A stretch of DNA of 64,000 nt, from the IMG/VR virus record IMGVR_UViG_3300045988_147856; one strand, written 5' to 3'. Of this stretch, positions 18,920-29,273 are shown piece after piece (position 1 is the first letter of the stretch; every line of letters begins with the position of its first letter). The position numbers were made by a program, and so were the translations under genes. The notes under the pieces are model-generated. The model made no database searches. It had not been told where the DNA came from and was given only the letters and a program-made list of their open reading frames with translations. Source of the stretch: a virus.

Positions 18920-19450
18920 TTATTTCTTCTTCTCGTGGAAGTCGAGAATCCCGTCAACTATCTTGCCTTCATCTTTATTAGCGATAACCTCGCTCAGCTG
19001 CATAAGTTTTTCGAGATCAACTTTAGACAGCGAAGACTGATTGGCGTTTATGGTGTTGAGAAGTTCAGCGAGGGACTTTGCCGCAGAAGACCACGGGTCA
19101 TATGCCACTCTAAGCTTCTCGTTATATGCAGCGAAGAAAGCCTTTTTCATTGCGCTATAGTTGACATATCTAACGCTCTTAACGATAAATTCTATAATAT
19201 CATTTTCGTTAATAAGCTTCCACATCGACTCAACGCTGTTGCTGAGACCAAGTTCTTTGGCATTTGAAACCTGTAAGACAAGAAAGGTCTCAAGCACGAA
19301 CTCAGCAAAGTGAGCGATAAGACCGCCGTTGTCGTCATAGCAGAACTCAAGGGCTGTACTGATTATCGTCTCAACATCAGAATAGGTCAGTTCGTCACGG
19401 ATTTCCATCTCTATCTCTTTATTATCAACTTCAGCTTTATATTTCAGCAT
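18920..19450 (-). CDS. Tail assembly chaperone-like protein (by position)
   Basis: ATG at 19450 with SD AAAGGAGAAAAAG. Acidic and helical, located between the tail tube and the tape measure. Confidence 0.5.
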   Translation of the reverse strand: MLKYKAEVDNKEIEMEIRDELTYSDVETIISTALEFCYDDNGGLIAHFAEFVLETFLVLQVSNAKELGLSNSVESMWKLINENDIIEFIVKSVRYVNYSAMKKAFFAAYNEKLRVAYDPWSSAAKSLAELLNTINANQSSLSKVDLEKLMQLSEVIANKDEGKIVDGILDFHEKKK

Positions 19451-19947
19451 TATTTCTTTTTCTCCTTTATTTCCTCGATAACACCGCTGTCGCGCAGATA
19501 AGCAAGACCTATACAAATAGCTTCAGCGATATCATCTTTAGCGGTTATTCCATAGCATTTTGAAACATAGTCTATTGCTTGTACCTTGAGGGCTTCTCGG
19601 TTAACCTTGTTGCCCTGATTAAAGCCCAACACCTTACGCCATTGTGTCGGGGCATAGATTTTGAACGCTGTATTATGCCAATATGACATATCCATAATAG
19701 CGCCCTGAAGTCTGCTTAATGTGATTAGCGTCTTAATAGACGTCCTCAGTGAGACATCTTCAAAAATAATTATATCAGCCTTAGACTTCAAAAAGAGGAG
19801 ATGTATCTTTCGACACATCTCCTCAAATCTATCCTCTGGCGAAACGGACTTGTCAGCCGTGAGTTTACCAAAGCTAACAAGATCGCCGTCGTCGAATATG
19901 GCGTAGCCGGTAATAATACTGGCTTGGTCTAACGCCAAAATTCTCAT
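19450..19947 (-). CDS. RuvC-like Holliday junction resolvase
   Basis: MRILALDQASIITGYAIF ... IIIFEDVSL ... DIAEAICIGLAYL parallels the RuvC catalytic D/E/D segments. Confidence 0.7.
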   Translation of the reverse strand: MRILALDQASIITGYAIFDDGDLVSFGKLTADKSVSPEDRFEEMCRKIHLLFLKSKADIIIFEDVSLRTSIKTLITLSRLQGAIMDMSYWHNTAFKIYAPTQWRKVLGFNQGNKVNREALKVQAIDYVSKCYGITAKDDIAEAICIGLAYLRDSGVIEEIKEKKK

Positions 19948-20150
19948 ACGGTTACATACCCGCTTCCGTCGTACTTGATGGCGTTCGTCTGCACGAGCTC
20001 GCCCTTTGCATCAACATAGACTATGATTCCGCTATATTTATTGTAAGAAACGACCTGACACTTCCTCTTGCGGGGCAGAGCCTTTGACTTGCGCTTTGGA
20101 GTTTCCTTGTCAGCGACTTCTACAACCTCTACAACGTTTTCATTATCCAT
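19944..20150 (-). CDS. Hypothetical small protein
   Basis: 68-aa ORF with coupled start and stop. Confidence 0.5.
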   Translation of the reverse strand: MDNENVVEVVEVADKETPKRKSKALPRKRKCQVVSYNKYSGIIVYVDAKGELVQTNAIKYDGSGYVTV

Positions 20151-20155
20151 ATTGA

Positions 20156-20896
20156 TTATTCCTCCTCATCCTGCCAAATAAGGTCAAGAATGTTGTCGTC
20201 ACTGTCTGCCATAAGGTCGCAGGTGATAGTGATAGTAGCGGGGTCGCCGCTGTTAGCACACGACAGAGAGAAGTTGGTCTGGGGAGAGCACTTGTACGCA
20301 ACCATTCTGTAAGGAACAATCTCGTCGTTCTCGGTCTTCTCGTAAGTATCACCATAAACAGTGAACGCTCTCGGGAAAGTCGTGGACTTGATGTTTATCT
20401 TGCGCACCTTCTCGGTAAGCTCGGTCATGTAATAGACAATATAGCTATCGTTAGCCTTTGCATCAGTAACGGTAATCTCCTTGGTACTTGCGGTCGCCGT
20501 AGCAGTAAGCTCTGTACCGCAGTCATCGTCTGCCTTAAAGACATTGACAGTGCCGACGACAGGAGTGCCGGAAACGGTCAGCTTGCCCGCAGTTGCACAC
20601 TTAACGACTTCACGCTTAAGGAACTTAGCGGTTGTCTCAAGGCTCGCGCCAGTAATCAGAGAATAGAGCTTAGCTGTCTTCATCTGAGTCTCGAACGCTA
20701 TTGTGCCGCCGCGCTCGCCGTGGAATGTAACTCTCTTCGGGTGTCCCTTACCACCGTAGGCATAAACAGCCTCACCGCTCATCTCGGTCGTTGTCGTATT
20801 AGCAAAGTCGAGATTGAGGAAAGGCTTCCTGCTCTTATATTCAACGAATATAAGGTCACATACTTCTCTGTTAGCAAAAGTAGTATTGTTGTTCAT
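20156..20896 (-). CDS. Major tail (tube) protein, putative
   Basis: 246-aa beta-rich ORF located after the head-tail connectors and before the chaperones; strong SD. Confidence 0.55.
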   Translation of the reverse strand: MNNNTTFANREVCDLIFVEYKSRKPFLNLDFANTTTTEMSGEAVYAYGGKGHPKRVTFHGERGGTIAFETQMKTAKLYSLITGASLETTAKFLKREVVKCATAGKLTVSGTPVVGTVNVFKADDDCGTELTATATASTKEITVTDAKANDSYIVYYMTELTEKVRKINIKSTTFPRAFTVYGDTYEKTENDEIVPYRMVAYKCSPQTNFSLSCANSGDPATITITCDLMADSDDNILDLIWQDEEE

Positions 20897-20908
20897 ATTA
20901 AACCTCTC

Positions 20909-21634
20909 TTATTTATTTGTTAAATCCTTGAACCACGCCGAAAGCTCTATGGAGTCCTTTCCCCATGCAGCCCAGCGCAGTCCTTCGACCGATTCATAAG
21001 TAATGACGTTGAGACGCCTGAACTGGTCGTAAAGTTGTAATATAGTTAAATCCCAGATATTCAGTAGGTTTAAAGAGGGATGCTTTGCGCATACGGCGGA
21101 TATAATGTTCGGAAGTGTGTAGTCGTTAGACGGCTGTTCTTTTTTCTTAGCCTTATCGAACTCTTTCTTCCGCGCCTTACATCTTTCGTAAATGGCTTTA
21201 GCTTTTTTGTTTGAGAACTTTAATTCGCTCTTACTCTCTTTCTCCACACCAATTATCTGAGCAATTAAACTTTGTATATCTCCGAAATTTCCGTTGTTGA
21301 TTTCGCCGACCACTTGCTTATCCCTATAAACCTTGAAACACAAGCTTTTGTCATCAAAAACAACCTCTTCTTCAATAAAAAAAAAGAGTGCCTCAAAAAA
21401 GGTCTCTCTTAACATCGGGTAGGTTATTAAGATGTAAAAGGTTGAAAGGTCGGGTATAAGCATAGGTATTTGCCCGTCAAGCTCGCTCGGGTCGAACATG
21501 ATTACACTCACATATCCGAAGAACTTGTCGTAACCAAGCTGACGAATCTCCGACAATCGTGGCTGTCGTACATGACACACATTGCCGACGGCGATAGAAC
21601 TGCCGGTAATTGAGTCCCACTGGGTCAGCTTCAT
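20909..21634 (-). CDS. Hypothetical late protein
   Basis: 241-aa ORF in the late array. Confidence 0.6.
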   Translation of the reverse strand: MKLTQWDSITGSSIAVGNVCHVRQPRLSEIRQLGYDKFFGYVSVIMFDPSELDGQIPMLIPDLSTFYILITYPMLRETFFEALFFFIEEEVVFDDKSLCFKVYRDKQVVGEINNGNFGDIQSLIAQIIGVEKESKSELKFSNKKAKAIYERCKARKKEFDKAKKKEQPSNDYTLPNIISAVCAKHPSLNLLNIWDLTILQLYDQFRRLNVITYESVEGLRWAAWGKDSIELSAWFKDLTNK

Positions 21635-22140
21635 TTAGTTACCCTCGCTCTATCTCGTGCATAATCGGGCACAGTATATGTCAGAAGACGAGCAGTAAAG
21701 CCTTCGGGTGCAGCCGCGAGCGTCGCTGAACTAAGTTGTAACCTGCCTATTCCAAACTCTGAACTGCCGTTTATCAGCAAGTCTATTTGACGGCATATGT
21801 TATCACGCCTATTTCCCTTAACGCCCGGAAATCTATCGCTGCCGAGCTTCATAAAGGATTTGTTGCAGACGACTTCTACGAGGAGCGTCATTCTCTTTAT
21901 GCTTCCACTCGGAGCCTTAGTGACCTCTGTGTCAACAAGCACATAAGCACCAGCCTCTTGAACGCTCTCGTCTATCCAACCGTGGTCGTTAATGTGGTCT
22001 TCCCACTTTTCAGCATCGTCATCATCAGGGGCATATCTGCCGTTCGAGACGAGCTTCATAACCTCTGATGACTCCAAAATTTTGCTGATAACGAGATTGT
22101 TATAGTCTATAATTTCATCGAGGTGTGTATATCCTGCCAT
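21631..22140 (-). CDS. Tail-terminator / head-tail joining-like protein (by position)
   Basis: 169-aa ORF with coupled junctions. Confidence 0.5.
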   Translation of the reverse strand: MAGYTHLDEIIDYNNLVISKILESSEVMKLVSNGRYAPDDDDAEKWEDHINDHGWIDESVQEAGAYVLVDTEVTKAPSGSIKRMTLLVEVVCNKSFMKLGSDRFPGVKGNRRDNICRQIDLLINGSSEFGIGRLQLSSATLAAAPEGFTARLLTYTVPDYARDRARVTK

Positions 22141-23126
22141 TAGCCAGTCACCTCGACTTTCTTATAAGCGGAGCGTTCTCCGCCGTCATTCAGTTCAACA
22201 GTCAGCTTTGTGCCAATGAGAGCATCATTAGCGTCAACGGAAATAATTAATGCGCCATCTTTAACGGAATACTGTATGCCGTATGCAGCCCCAGTCACAG
22301 ACCACGACGGAACAGCCTCTTCATCAACTCCGCCTGAGTCCTTAAAGAACTGCGCAAGATATGTTCTATGCGCTCCAATTCGGAGTGTATCGCGTCCGGC
22401 AATCTTACAAAGAGTACCGGCAGTAGACGGCTCACTTGGAGCGATGTAATCACATATGCGCTCTTTAGCGTTGTCTCTCGAAGCGTCGTACTCAACACTT
22501 TCGACATTCATAATAAGAAGATGTCCGTTTTTGCCATAACTTCGGCTTATCGGGTCTTCTCCCGTATAAATGTAGCAAGTGAGAATTTCGTCGCCGTTAG
22601 CGTTGTAGTTAACACCACCGGCTATGCGCTTATCTATATAGAGCTTGGCTGTGTCTTCGTCGTATGGGAGATACACCTTGAACTGCTTGTGTAACGACTG
22701 AACCGTGTTGTTACCCTTAAGCGTTGTCGAATAAACGCCCGAATCCAAAACACCCCAACGCTCGATAATATCCGAAGTGCCGTTTTGGAATCTGAACAGA
22801 TGGTTGCACAGCCACGCCGTCCCTGTTATATGGATCTCATTTACCACTCTCGTTTCAACGACGATGAAGCGTTCATCCATAATTTCAAGGATGTCCCCGA
22901 CATAAAGATTCTCGTCGGGAAAAGAGATAACTTTTATTTTGTAAGCCACCTCAGTCCGGTCAACCAAAAAACGCTGCGGGGCTCCGTTACGAGTTGCGTT
23001 CGGCTGATATCCCGGATTACTTATAACCTTAACTTGAAAGTTGTCTTTAGCCTTTTGAATGATTCTATCTCGGTCTGATACGCCATTTATGCCGAGACGC
23101 GCATTGTAGTGAGACCAATCAAGCAT
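22140..23126 (-). CDS. Structural protein with C-terminal Ig-like domain
   Basis: Likely starts at MLDWSHYN. The C-terminal ~90 aa resemble a bacterial Ig-like fold (LTVELNDGG...VEVTG). Confidence 0.6.
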   Translation of the reverse strand: MLDWSHYNARLGINGVSDRDRIIQKAKDNFQVKVISNPGYQPNATRNGAPQRFLVDRTEVAYKIKVISFPDENLYVGDILEIMDERFIVVETRVVNEIHITGTAWLCNHLFRFQNGTSDIIERWGVLDSGVYSTTLKGNNTVQSLHKQFKVYLPYDEDTAKLYIDKRIAGGVNYNANGDEILTCYIYTGEDPISRSYGKNGHLLIMNVESVEYDASRDNAKERICDYIAPSEPSTAGTLCKIAGRDTLRIGAHRTYLAQFFKDSGGVDEEAVPSWSVTGAAYGIQYSVKDGALIISVDANDALIGTKLTVELNDGGERSAYKKVEVTG

Positions 23127-23433
23127 TGCGCCCACCACCAATCTTGTTAAGAAGAGCTAAAGCCTTGAACACCTCACGCTTGCAAACCTCTTCTGAAACC
23201 TCATTTTCGTTGAGATAATTTAAAATATTCACAACGGTAATAAAGTCCATATTATCCGCAAGTTTATCAAAAGTCGTCAAAGCTCCCGTGGCTTCTATGG
23301 TAACGCTATTTATGTATTCCGATAAATGTATGTCCTCTCCTATGCCAAGCACATCATATTCTTTTAAAGGAATAATTTTATAAACATGTCCCGTAAAACG
23401 ATTAACAAAAGTTTTAAGCTTTATAATAATCAC
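23119..23433 (-). CDS. Hypothetical head-tail module protein
   Basis: 104-aa ORF. Confidence 0.55.
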   Translation of the reverse strand: MIIIKLKTFVNRFTGHVYKIIPLKEYDVLGIGEDIHLSEYINSVTIEATGALTTFDKLADNMDFITVVNILNYLNENEVSEEVCKREVFKALALLNKIGGGRNA

Positions 23434-23868
23434 CTACGCTTTCAGTGAGGCGATATTACCAGCATAATAGGTATACTCAGTCATTTTGCGGCGATATTCC
23501 TTATAAAGGGAGTTCCTAAATTCCGTCATCTCTCTTAAGAGATTGGCAGGAGAGAAGAATGAATAATCCTTGACAGACAAGGAATTGCTTAAGTTTGTGC
23601 TATCCAGAACCTTAGAACTGACCCAGTAATATGCGATACCGAGAGCAAGAATCTCGATTACTTCGTTATCCAAGTCAACCTTGTATTCTTTATAGTCGGT
23701 ATCTATCTGAGAAAGGTCTATGCGACACATCTTCTCAAAGTCCGCTTGGGCGCTCATGAGATATTTTTCAAGTATATACTCGCGCTCGGATTCCGATAGC
23801 TTTAAGAAATCATAATCAGAGAACTTCAGAACAGCTCGTTCGTAAATCTCCGAAAACGGTGTTGCCAT
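23434..23868 (-). CDS. Head-tail connector / adaptor (gp6-like)
   Basis: 144 aa; position and helical acidic N-terminus are typical of adaptors. Confidence 0.5.
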   Translation of the reverse strand: MATPFSEIYERAVLKFSDYDFLKLSESEREYILEKYLMSAQADFEKMCRIDLSQIDTDYKEYKVDLDNEVIEILALGIAYYWVSSKVLDSTNLSNSLSVKDYSFFSPANLLREMTEFRNSLYKEYRRKMTEYTYYAGNIASLKA

Positions 23869-23872
23869 TAAA

Positions 23873-24475
23873 TCACCTCTCGGACTTCATCAGATCACAA
23901 CCGAGAGCCTCCTCGAAAGCTCTAATCTTCTTAAGAGAATCGAGAGTTCCATCCTCAATAAATGTGTTGAGCGCAACAACAAGGTTTTCTCTTGCTGTGG
24001 TGGTGAGAAGAGGGACCTTTGTTTCGATATCTTTTACGCTCCAACCACAGACCTTCTGGAAATCATCGGGATCGATAATATCCTTGTAATATCTGCCGAC
24101 CGCAAGAGCGTTATACACATCCTCGGGCGTATGCTCGCCGTCGTCAACCGAATCGACAAGTATCTTGTTCTCGGTGAAGAATATTGCCGCCGACGCCTTT
24201 ATCGAGCGAAGCAGACTCATCGAGACAGGCTGTATGTCGCCACAGAACCCCCAATCGATGGTTTCACCACTTCTTTTATCCACAAAGGTAAGACCGCCAA
24301 AGGTGTTCGACTTTACATATACGAGGGCGGAGTCATCTATTCTTGAGGATCTCTTTGGCGCAACGGGAGCAGTTTCAATCGTCTCATTTACTTTCGTCTG
24401 ATTTTCTGCATTAGTTGTTTTAGCCTTAGTAGCTCCCTTCTTAGCGCCTGTAGTTGTTTTATTCTGCTGTGCCAT
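23873..24475 (-). CDS. Hypothetical capsid-module protein with basic N-terminal tail
   Basis: 200-aa ORF immediately after the capsid gene. Confidence 0.55.
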   Translation of the reverse strand: MAQQNKTTTGAKKGATKAKTTNAENQTKVNETIETAPVAPKRSSRIDDSALVYVKSNTFGGLTFVDKRSGETIDWGFCGDIQPVSMSLLRSIKASAAIFFTENKILVDSVDDGEHTPEDVYNALAVGRYYKDIIDPDDFQKVCGWSVKDIETKVPLLTTTARENLVVALNTFIEDGTLDSLKKIRAFEEALGCDLMKSER

Positions 24476-24549
24476 TATTATCTTTTACACTCCTTTTATT
24501 CTTAGAAAGGGGAGAGCCACGCGGACTCTCCCCAAAAGTTTAAATTTGA

Positions 24550-25545
24550 TTAAGCATTGATGTCATAAACGCCAATCTTGCTGTTAAGAACAAGACCAAC
24601 GCCGACGGGCTGTATGTACACATACTCCTGAGTGAGGTCTGCGTTATCAGTAGCCTCTTTGACATTCATAATGCCAGTACCCTCGTTGACAATCTTAATC
24701 GGCTTGTCGTCGCCAGCTATGACAAACACCTTAGTGTTCGACAGAGCGAAGACATCTGTGCCGGGCTTGTGAGCCTGTTTCATGCGAAGCATCGGAGTAC
24801 CCGAATACTTGCCATAATAACCGAAGTTATAGATGTCGTTCTTAGCGTCGTCAGAGACAACAGCGTCAGCGACCTTCTTGAGAGCGCCTCTTGTGCCGCA
24901 AATCTTTGCAGATGTGCCCGAAGCCGCCTCGACATGATCGATAATCTCGTCCATGTTAGCAGTGGTAAACGAACCGCTCTTAACATACTTGTCGCTAAGA
25001 CCAGCGGTCGAAGCAGAGATATTGTTGAGGCAAGCCAGAGCATCGAGAGCGAGCTGATTTGTGAAAGCCTTACCAACCATATCGACAAACTCATTGAAGT
25101 CAACGCGACCAGACATAAGTCTAAGCACGTCCTCATAAACGCGAACAGCCTTAGCTGTAGTCTTAATAGTAACAGCCTCGCCCTCGGGGATTCTCTGACG
25201 ACGAACGCCCTGAATACCAGCCGCTGCATCAGCGACGATAAGGTCGTTCTCACCCTTAGTAGTGAACTTAGCCTCGTCACCGTCTGCGATATTGCGATAC
25301 TCGCACAGGCTCATAAGAACCGGGTCGTTCGCGATACCCTCATTGATTATTGCGGGAAGAAGAATCTCAACAAGGTCAAACACGGGCTTGCCGGGTCTGA
25401 AGTCGCGAGCGTTAAGCTTAGTGGAGCCACCGTTGAGCTCAATAAGAGCATTACGGATGGTCTCGGATGTCTCTGCGGCGGAATACTGTGCGTACTGCTT
25501 GCCCTTGATAGCGTCAAGTGCAACCTTAACTATGTTGTTATCCAT
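24550..25545 (-). CDS. Major capsid protein
   Basis: 331 aa, strong SD, located downstream of the protease/scaffold and decoration-like genes, preceded by a terminator-like intergenic region. Confidence 0.7.
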   Translation of the reverse strand: MDNNIVKVALDAIKGKQYAQYSAAETSETIRNALIELNGGSTKLNARDFRPGKPVFDLVEILLPAIINEGIANDPVLMSLCEYRNIADGDEAKFTTKGENDLIVADAAAGIQGVRRQRIPEGEAVTIKTTAKAVRVYEDVLRLMSGRVDFNEFVDMVGKAFTNQLALDALACLNNISASTAGLSDKYVKSGSFTTANMDEIIDHVEAASGTSAKICGTRGALKKVADAVVSDDAKNDIYNFGYYGKYSGTPMLRMKQAHKPGTDVFALSNTKVFVIAGDDKPIKIVNEGTGIMNVKEATDNADLTQEYVYIQPVGVGLVLNSKIGVYDINA

Positions 25546-25580
25546 TATTTTTTCACCTCTGTGTAATCTTTGATTCTTGG

Positions 25581-26066
25581 TTAAGCTATTTTGATGACGA
25601 TCCAGTCGCCCTCAATAGCCTCGACAGTGCCAACCTTAGTGGAGCCCTCAGTAAGGGTTTTGACAACATTGCCCTTAGTGCCAGCCTGAAGCTCGACGAT
25701 ATCACCGACCACTATAGCGGCAGCAGCATCAAGAGCCTCTGCGGTAACAGAGAAATAGCCTCTGACAAGCTTATAGCCACGAAGAATGTCACCAGCCTTG
25801 TTCTCGAACTCGCCAAGAGTGTTGCTGGAAACGGTCTTATCAACCTCGGGAGAAGCAATAAGAACGATGTCGGACAGAGCGGTATTTGCGGCGGGAGTGC
25901 TACCAGTATGAACCTCGCGCTCGCCGGAAATAAGTGCGCCAACCTTAACGAAGTTGCCGTTATCAATTTCAGTATCTTTGCCACTGGGCTGATACTTGAC
26001 GGAAACAAGGTCGCCGCCAAAAACAGTGCCAGTCAGATTATCAGTTCTAACTTTTGCGTGTACCAT
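25581..26066 (-). CDS. Head decoration or scaffold-like protein
   Basis: 161-aa beta-rich ORF between the protease/scaffold and the capsid gene. Confidence 0.5.
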   Translation of the reverse strand: MVHAKVRTDNLTGTVFGGDLVSVKYQPSGKDTEIDNGNFVKVGALISGEREVHTGSTPAANTALSDIVLIASPEVDKTVSSNTLGEFENKAGDILRGYKLVRGYFSVTAEALDAAAAIVVGDIVELQAGTKGNVVKTLTEGSTKVGTVEAIEGDWIVIKIA

Positions 26067-26125
26067 TGTATTAACCTCTTTCTTTTTACAAAAATAAAGC
26101 CCACCTTGTGCGGTGGGTAAATAAA

Positions 26126-27544
26126 TTATTTACGAGAATATGTTCTGAAGAAATCATCTACATAACTTGTAGACTCTTGTGTGTTGGGCAGAAGCCCAGC
26201 TTTTACCGTCTTTGCAGAGCCATACTGACCGCGAATAGCAAAGCACTCTTTGCGCAGGTCGTCTGCGGAGAACTCATAAGCCTTAGCCTTGAGGTCGCGG
26301 AACGACTCAAATCTATTCAGATCGCTGAACTCTCCAAGAACCGCGTCACACTCAGCCCTATGAGCTTTGTCTTCAACATCTCTCTTGAAGTCGCGAAGCA
26401 CAGTCACCTCAAGCTTCATAGCGTCGAGAGCCGCAACCTCTTCGTCTGTCAGCCATCTCGGCTGTATATGAACCCACTCGTCGCCGACGGTCACTTTACC
26501 GTTCGACTTGTCAAGAGTGTACGGGCACTTAAAATGGTCTTCATTACCGTCTTCATACGAATACTTTTCGATATAGACATAATTGTCATCGCAGTCCATC
26601 ACCCAATAGCTATGAGCATCATCGCCGAGAGAGCGAACCGCTTCTCGCACGGCGTCAAGCTTTTGCATATAAGTCATTGAAAACTCTTCTGTAGGCTCCT
26701 CAACCTCGACAGGTTCTTCAGTTTCCACAAGGGGTTCTTGAGCCATAGCCTCAATTTCACCTCTTGCAACAAGGTCAACCTCGACAGCGGGAGCTTCTTC
26801 GATAGTAGTCTCCTGCTCAAGCTCCATATCTTTCTTGTCTTCCATAGCGTTACCTCCTTTCTTGCGCAGAGCAAAATAATTAGCGCATTGCTCTTTAAGT
26901 TTCAGCATTACATCATCAAAGTTGCTATTATCAAGCTCAAACTCTTCAGGTTTGTACACTTTGGATGAGATAAAGCAGGGTTCGGTATGCTCTTCGGGAT
27001 TGTCTGACATACCGAGGAGGCAGAGTTTCAGGAAGTTAAAATCAAGTATTTCCTGATAATTGGAGTCCTCAGCTAAAGGTCTCGACTGCTTGACCTCTAT
27101 CTCCATACTCTCCCCGAAATATACGTCGTCGGAATATATAGCCGACATAAGTTCGGGAACGTGCTCGGTATAGAGGATGCACTTACAGACCAGATAGGTT
27201 ACTGACTCGCCGTACTCCTCTATCTCGCGGAACTCAAAACTGTCATTTACAACACAACCAACCACTTGGGTCAGCGGCTTAAAATTCCAGTTTTCATCTA
27301 TCGTATAGTCATGACCGCCAATAAACACACCTGTACCGTCGTCTCTTTCAATAAGATGGGCGACAATGGGAAGATAGTTCAGACCGTACATCTCTTTCTC
27401 GATAGTCTCGCGTGAGATATAAGAGTAGTTTCGATTTTTGCCACACCCACAAACAGTACATTCCGCAAGCGTAAAATTCTCATTCAGCTTTTGGAGCGGA
27501 GTGATTTTTGAAAAGGTGTGAATTTGAGACACTTTTCCTTCCAT
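26126..27544 (-). CDS. Prohead protease / scaffold fusion, putative
   Basis: ATG at 27544 after SD AAGGAAGGAGGAAAC. Globular N-terminal domain with an acidic helical C-terminal half. Located after the portal gene. Confidence 0.5.
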   Translation of the reverse strand: MEGKVSQIHTFSKITPLQKLNENFTLAECTVCGCGKNRNYSYISRETIEKEMYGLNYLPIVAHLIERDDGTGVFIGGHDYTIDENWNFKPLTQVVGCVVNDSFEFREIEEYGESVTYLVCKCILYTEHVPELMSAIYSDDVYFGESMEIEVKQSRPLAEDSNYQEILDFNFLKLCLLGMSDNPEEHTEPCFISSKVYKPEEFELDNSNFDDVMLKLKEQCANYFALRKKGGNAMEDKKDMELEQETTIEEAPAVEVDLVARGEIEAMAQEPLVETEEPVEVEEPTEEFSMTYMQKLDAVREAVRSLGDDAHSYWVMDCDDNYVYIEKYSYEDGNEDHFKCPYTLDKSNGKVTVGDEWVHIQPRWLTDEEVAALDAMKLEVTVLRDFKRDVEDKAHRAECDAVLGEFSDLNRFESFRDLKAKAYEFSADDLRKECFAIRGQYGSAKTVKAGLLPNTQESTSYVDDFFRTYSRK

Positions 27545-27746
27545 GTTTCCTCCTTCCTTGAAAATGTAGTTTATTGCTGTATATGAACTTTGTATCGCTG
27601 AATTTGCTATGTACAATGTCCAACAGCTCGGGTGTAGCCTCAAACATCGCTATGTCGATGTCATTGATTTTTTCCCGAATATAACTAAACCCCGCGTCAC
27701 TAAGAGCCTTAATGACTGCGGGGTCTGCTATCTTAATATAGTTCAT
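27480..27746 (-). CDS. Hypothetical small protein
   Basis: 88-aa ORF after the portal; its 3' end overlaps the next gene's start. Confidence 0.45.
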   Translation of the reverse strand: MNYIKIADPAVIKALSDAGFSYIREKINDIDIAMFEATPELLDIVHSKFSDTKFIYSNKLHFQGRRKHGRKSVSNSHLFKNHSAPKAE

Positions 27747-27764
27747 TTGTTATTCTCCTTCGGA

Positions 27765-29258
27765 CTACTGCTTATCGCGTGTCCTTGCGCCCTCATCAGA
27801 CAGGTCGCTTTCATCCTCTGCGGGACGCCCTATCTCTTCGGACGAAGTTGTGTGTGAGCTCAGGAGCGGCTTAAGCTTATCAACGCCAATAATATCGTTT
27901 TCAATGCGATTAAGCCCAGACACCATAAGAGGAGTCAAGCCGAGAGCCGCAAAATACATACTGGGAGTTACGCCATATGTAGCCGCTTCCTTATATATAC
28001 CAACGATATCCTTGCGATTGTAGATAGTAGTTGACAAGAACTGTACTTGGAACTTGATAGTTCCGCTGAGATATTTAAGATGTCTGTTGACAAGCCTCTG
28101 CGCGTTACCCAAGAATCCAAGCAACAGCTCTGAGTCGGTGGTTATAGCAAGGCTCATACCGCCCGATGTATCTGTTTTACCGCCGTGAAGAACGCTGTTT
28201 GAACCGCAGTTCTCCCAATACTGTTCGACCGAGCGGGTAACAATATCGACTGTGCTTATACCTCTGTCTTGATCGAAGTTGAAATCCTCGACCTTGAACG
28301 GGAGTACAGCCGCGCCAACCTGCGGAGGAAGCGCATTGCAGAGGTGAGTGTAATACTGCATTGCCAAATTCCAATCTATCGTCGGCGCTCCCTGACTATC
28401 AAGGTCGATTCTGCCGACAAGTACCTTATAATTAGCAAGCTCGGTAGCCGTCTCCTGCAACGCCTTATAGTTCTCTATATCCAACAGGTCGGGGAGACAA
28501 CCAACATAAGGCGGTATGAACGCACCTTGGTCGCCGTCTGCGGTGCAGAACGGGAGACACCAAGATATCTCTTCGGGGACGAACTGTCTCTTAACGCCAT
28601 CAGATTTATAGGCGTTCCACATCTTGGTAAACTCGGGTGGATAAAATCCAAGCTCGTCCTCTTTAATCTGAGACATATCAACTGTATAGAGATAAGTACC
28701 GTCAGCGATAGCCTCAACAGTGCAATAATCAGCGTTGATTTTTTGAATGAAGAACGAATCGCCAGACTCCCATGACACGCCAAAGAAGATTCCCTCGCGT
28801 ACCGCACTCACGGCAGCCTTGGAAAGCTCGTTCTTCAGATTCCAAACCTCACACTTTTTAGCCGCAGCAAGATATTGCTTCTGAAGATTATTAGCTTTCA
28901 TCTTAGACTCATCATATCCAAGAGGGTAAAGCACATAATCCCACAGCCACATATTTGCTTGATAGTTAATAAGGCGACGATACAGCGGCGAAGCATTGTA
29001 AAGATACATCGACGCATTGCGAAGACTCTTTGCGTTTGTTGACGGGTTTTTAAGCCACGTCAGAATATTTTCCTTTGTATAGGTGGAGTACGATTGACCT
29101 CGGCTCTGCTGTGAGGACGCAGGATTGCTTATATTCCTTTGAGCTATTTTCTGTGCATACAGAAGAGCTTTATGAAATTCCGCCTTTGCCGCTTCAAGAT
29201 CGACTTTCCTTTGCTCTTCAGGCGAGAGCGGCGGAGCAGTTTCTTTCTTTTTTGCCAC
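27765..29258 (-). CDS. Portal protein
   Basis: 497 aa, immediately downstream of the large terminase; size and order are typical. Confidence 0.65.
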   Translation of the reverse strand: MAKKKETAPPLSPEEQRKVDLEAAKAEFHKALLYAQKIAQRNISNPASSQQSRGQSYSTYTKENILTWLKNPSTNAKSLRNASMYLYNASPLYRRLINYQANMWLWDYVLYPLGYDESKMKANNLQKQYLAAAKKCEVWNLKNELSKAAVSAVREGIFFGVSWESGDSFFIQKINADYCTVEAIADGTYLYTVDMSQIKEDELGFYPPEFTKMWNAYKSDGVKRQFVPEEISWCLPFCTADGDQGAFIPPYVGCLPDLLDIENYKALQETATELANYKVLVGRIDLDSQGAPTIDWNLAMQYYTHLCNALPPQVGAAVLPFKVEDFNFDQDRGISTVDIVTRSVEQYWENCGSNSVLHGGKTDTSGGMSLAITTDSELLLGFLGNAQRLVNRHLKYLSGTIKFQVQFLSTTIYNRKDIVGIYKEAATYGVTPSMYFAALGLTPLMVSGLNRIENDIIGVDKLKPLLSSHTTSSEEIGRPAEDESDLSDEGARTRDKQ

Positions 29259-29273
29259 TTCGCGTCTCCTTTC

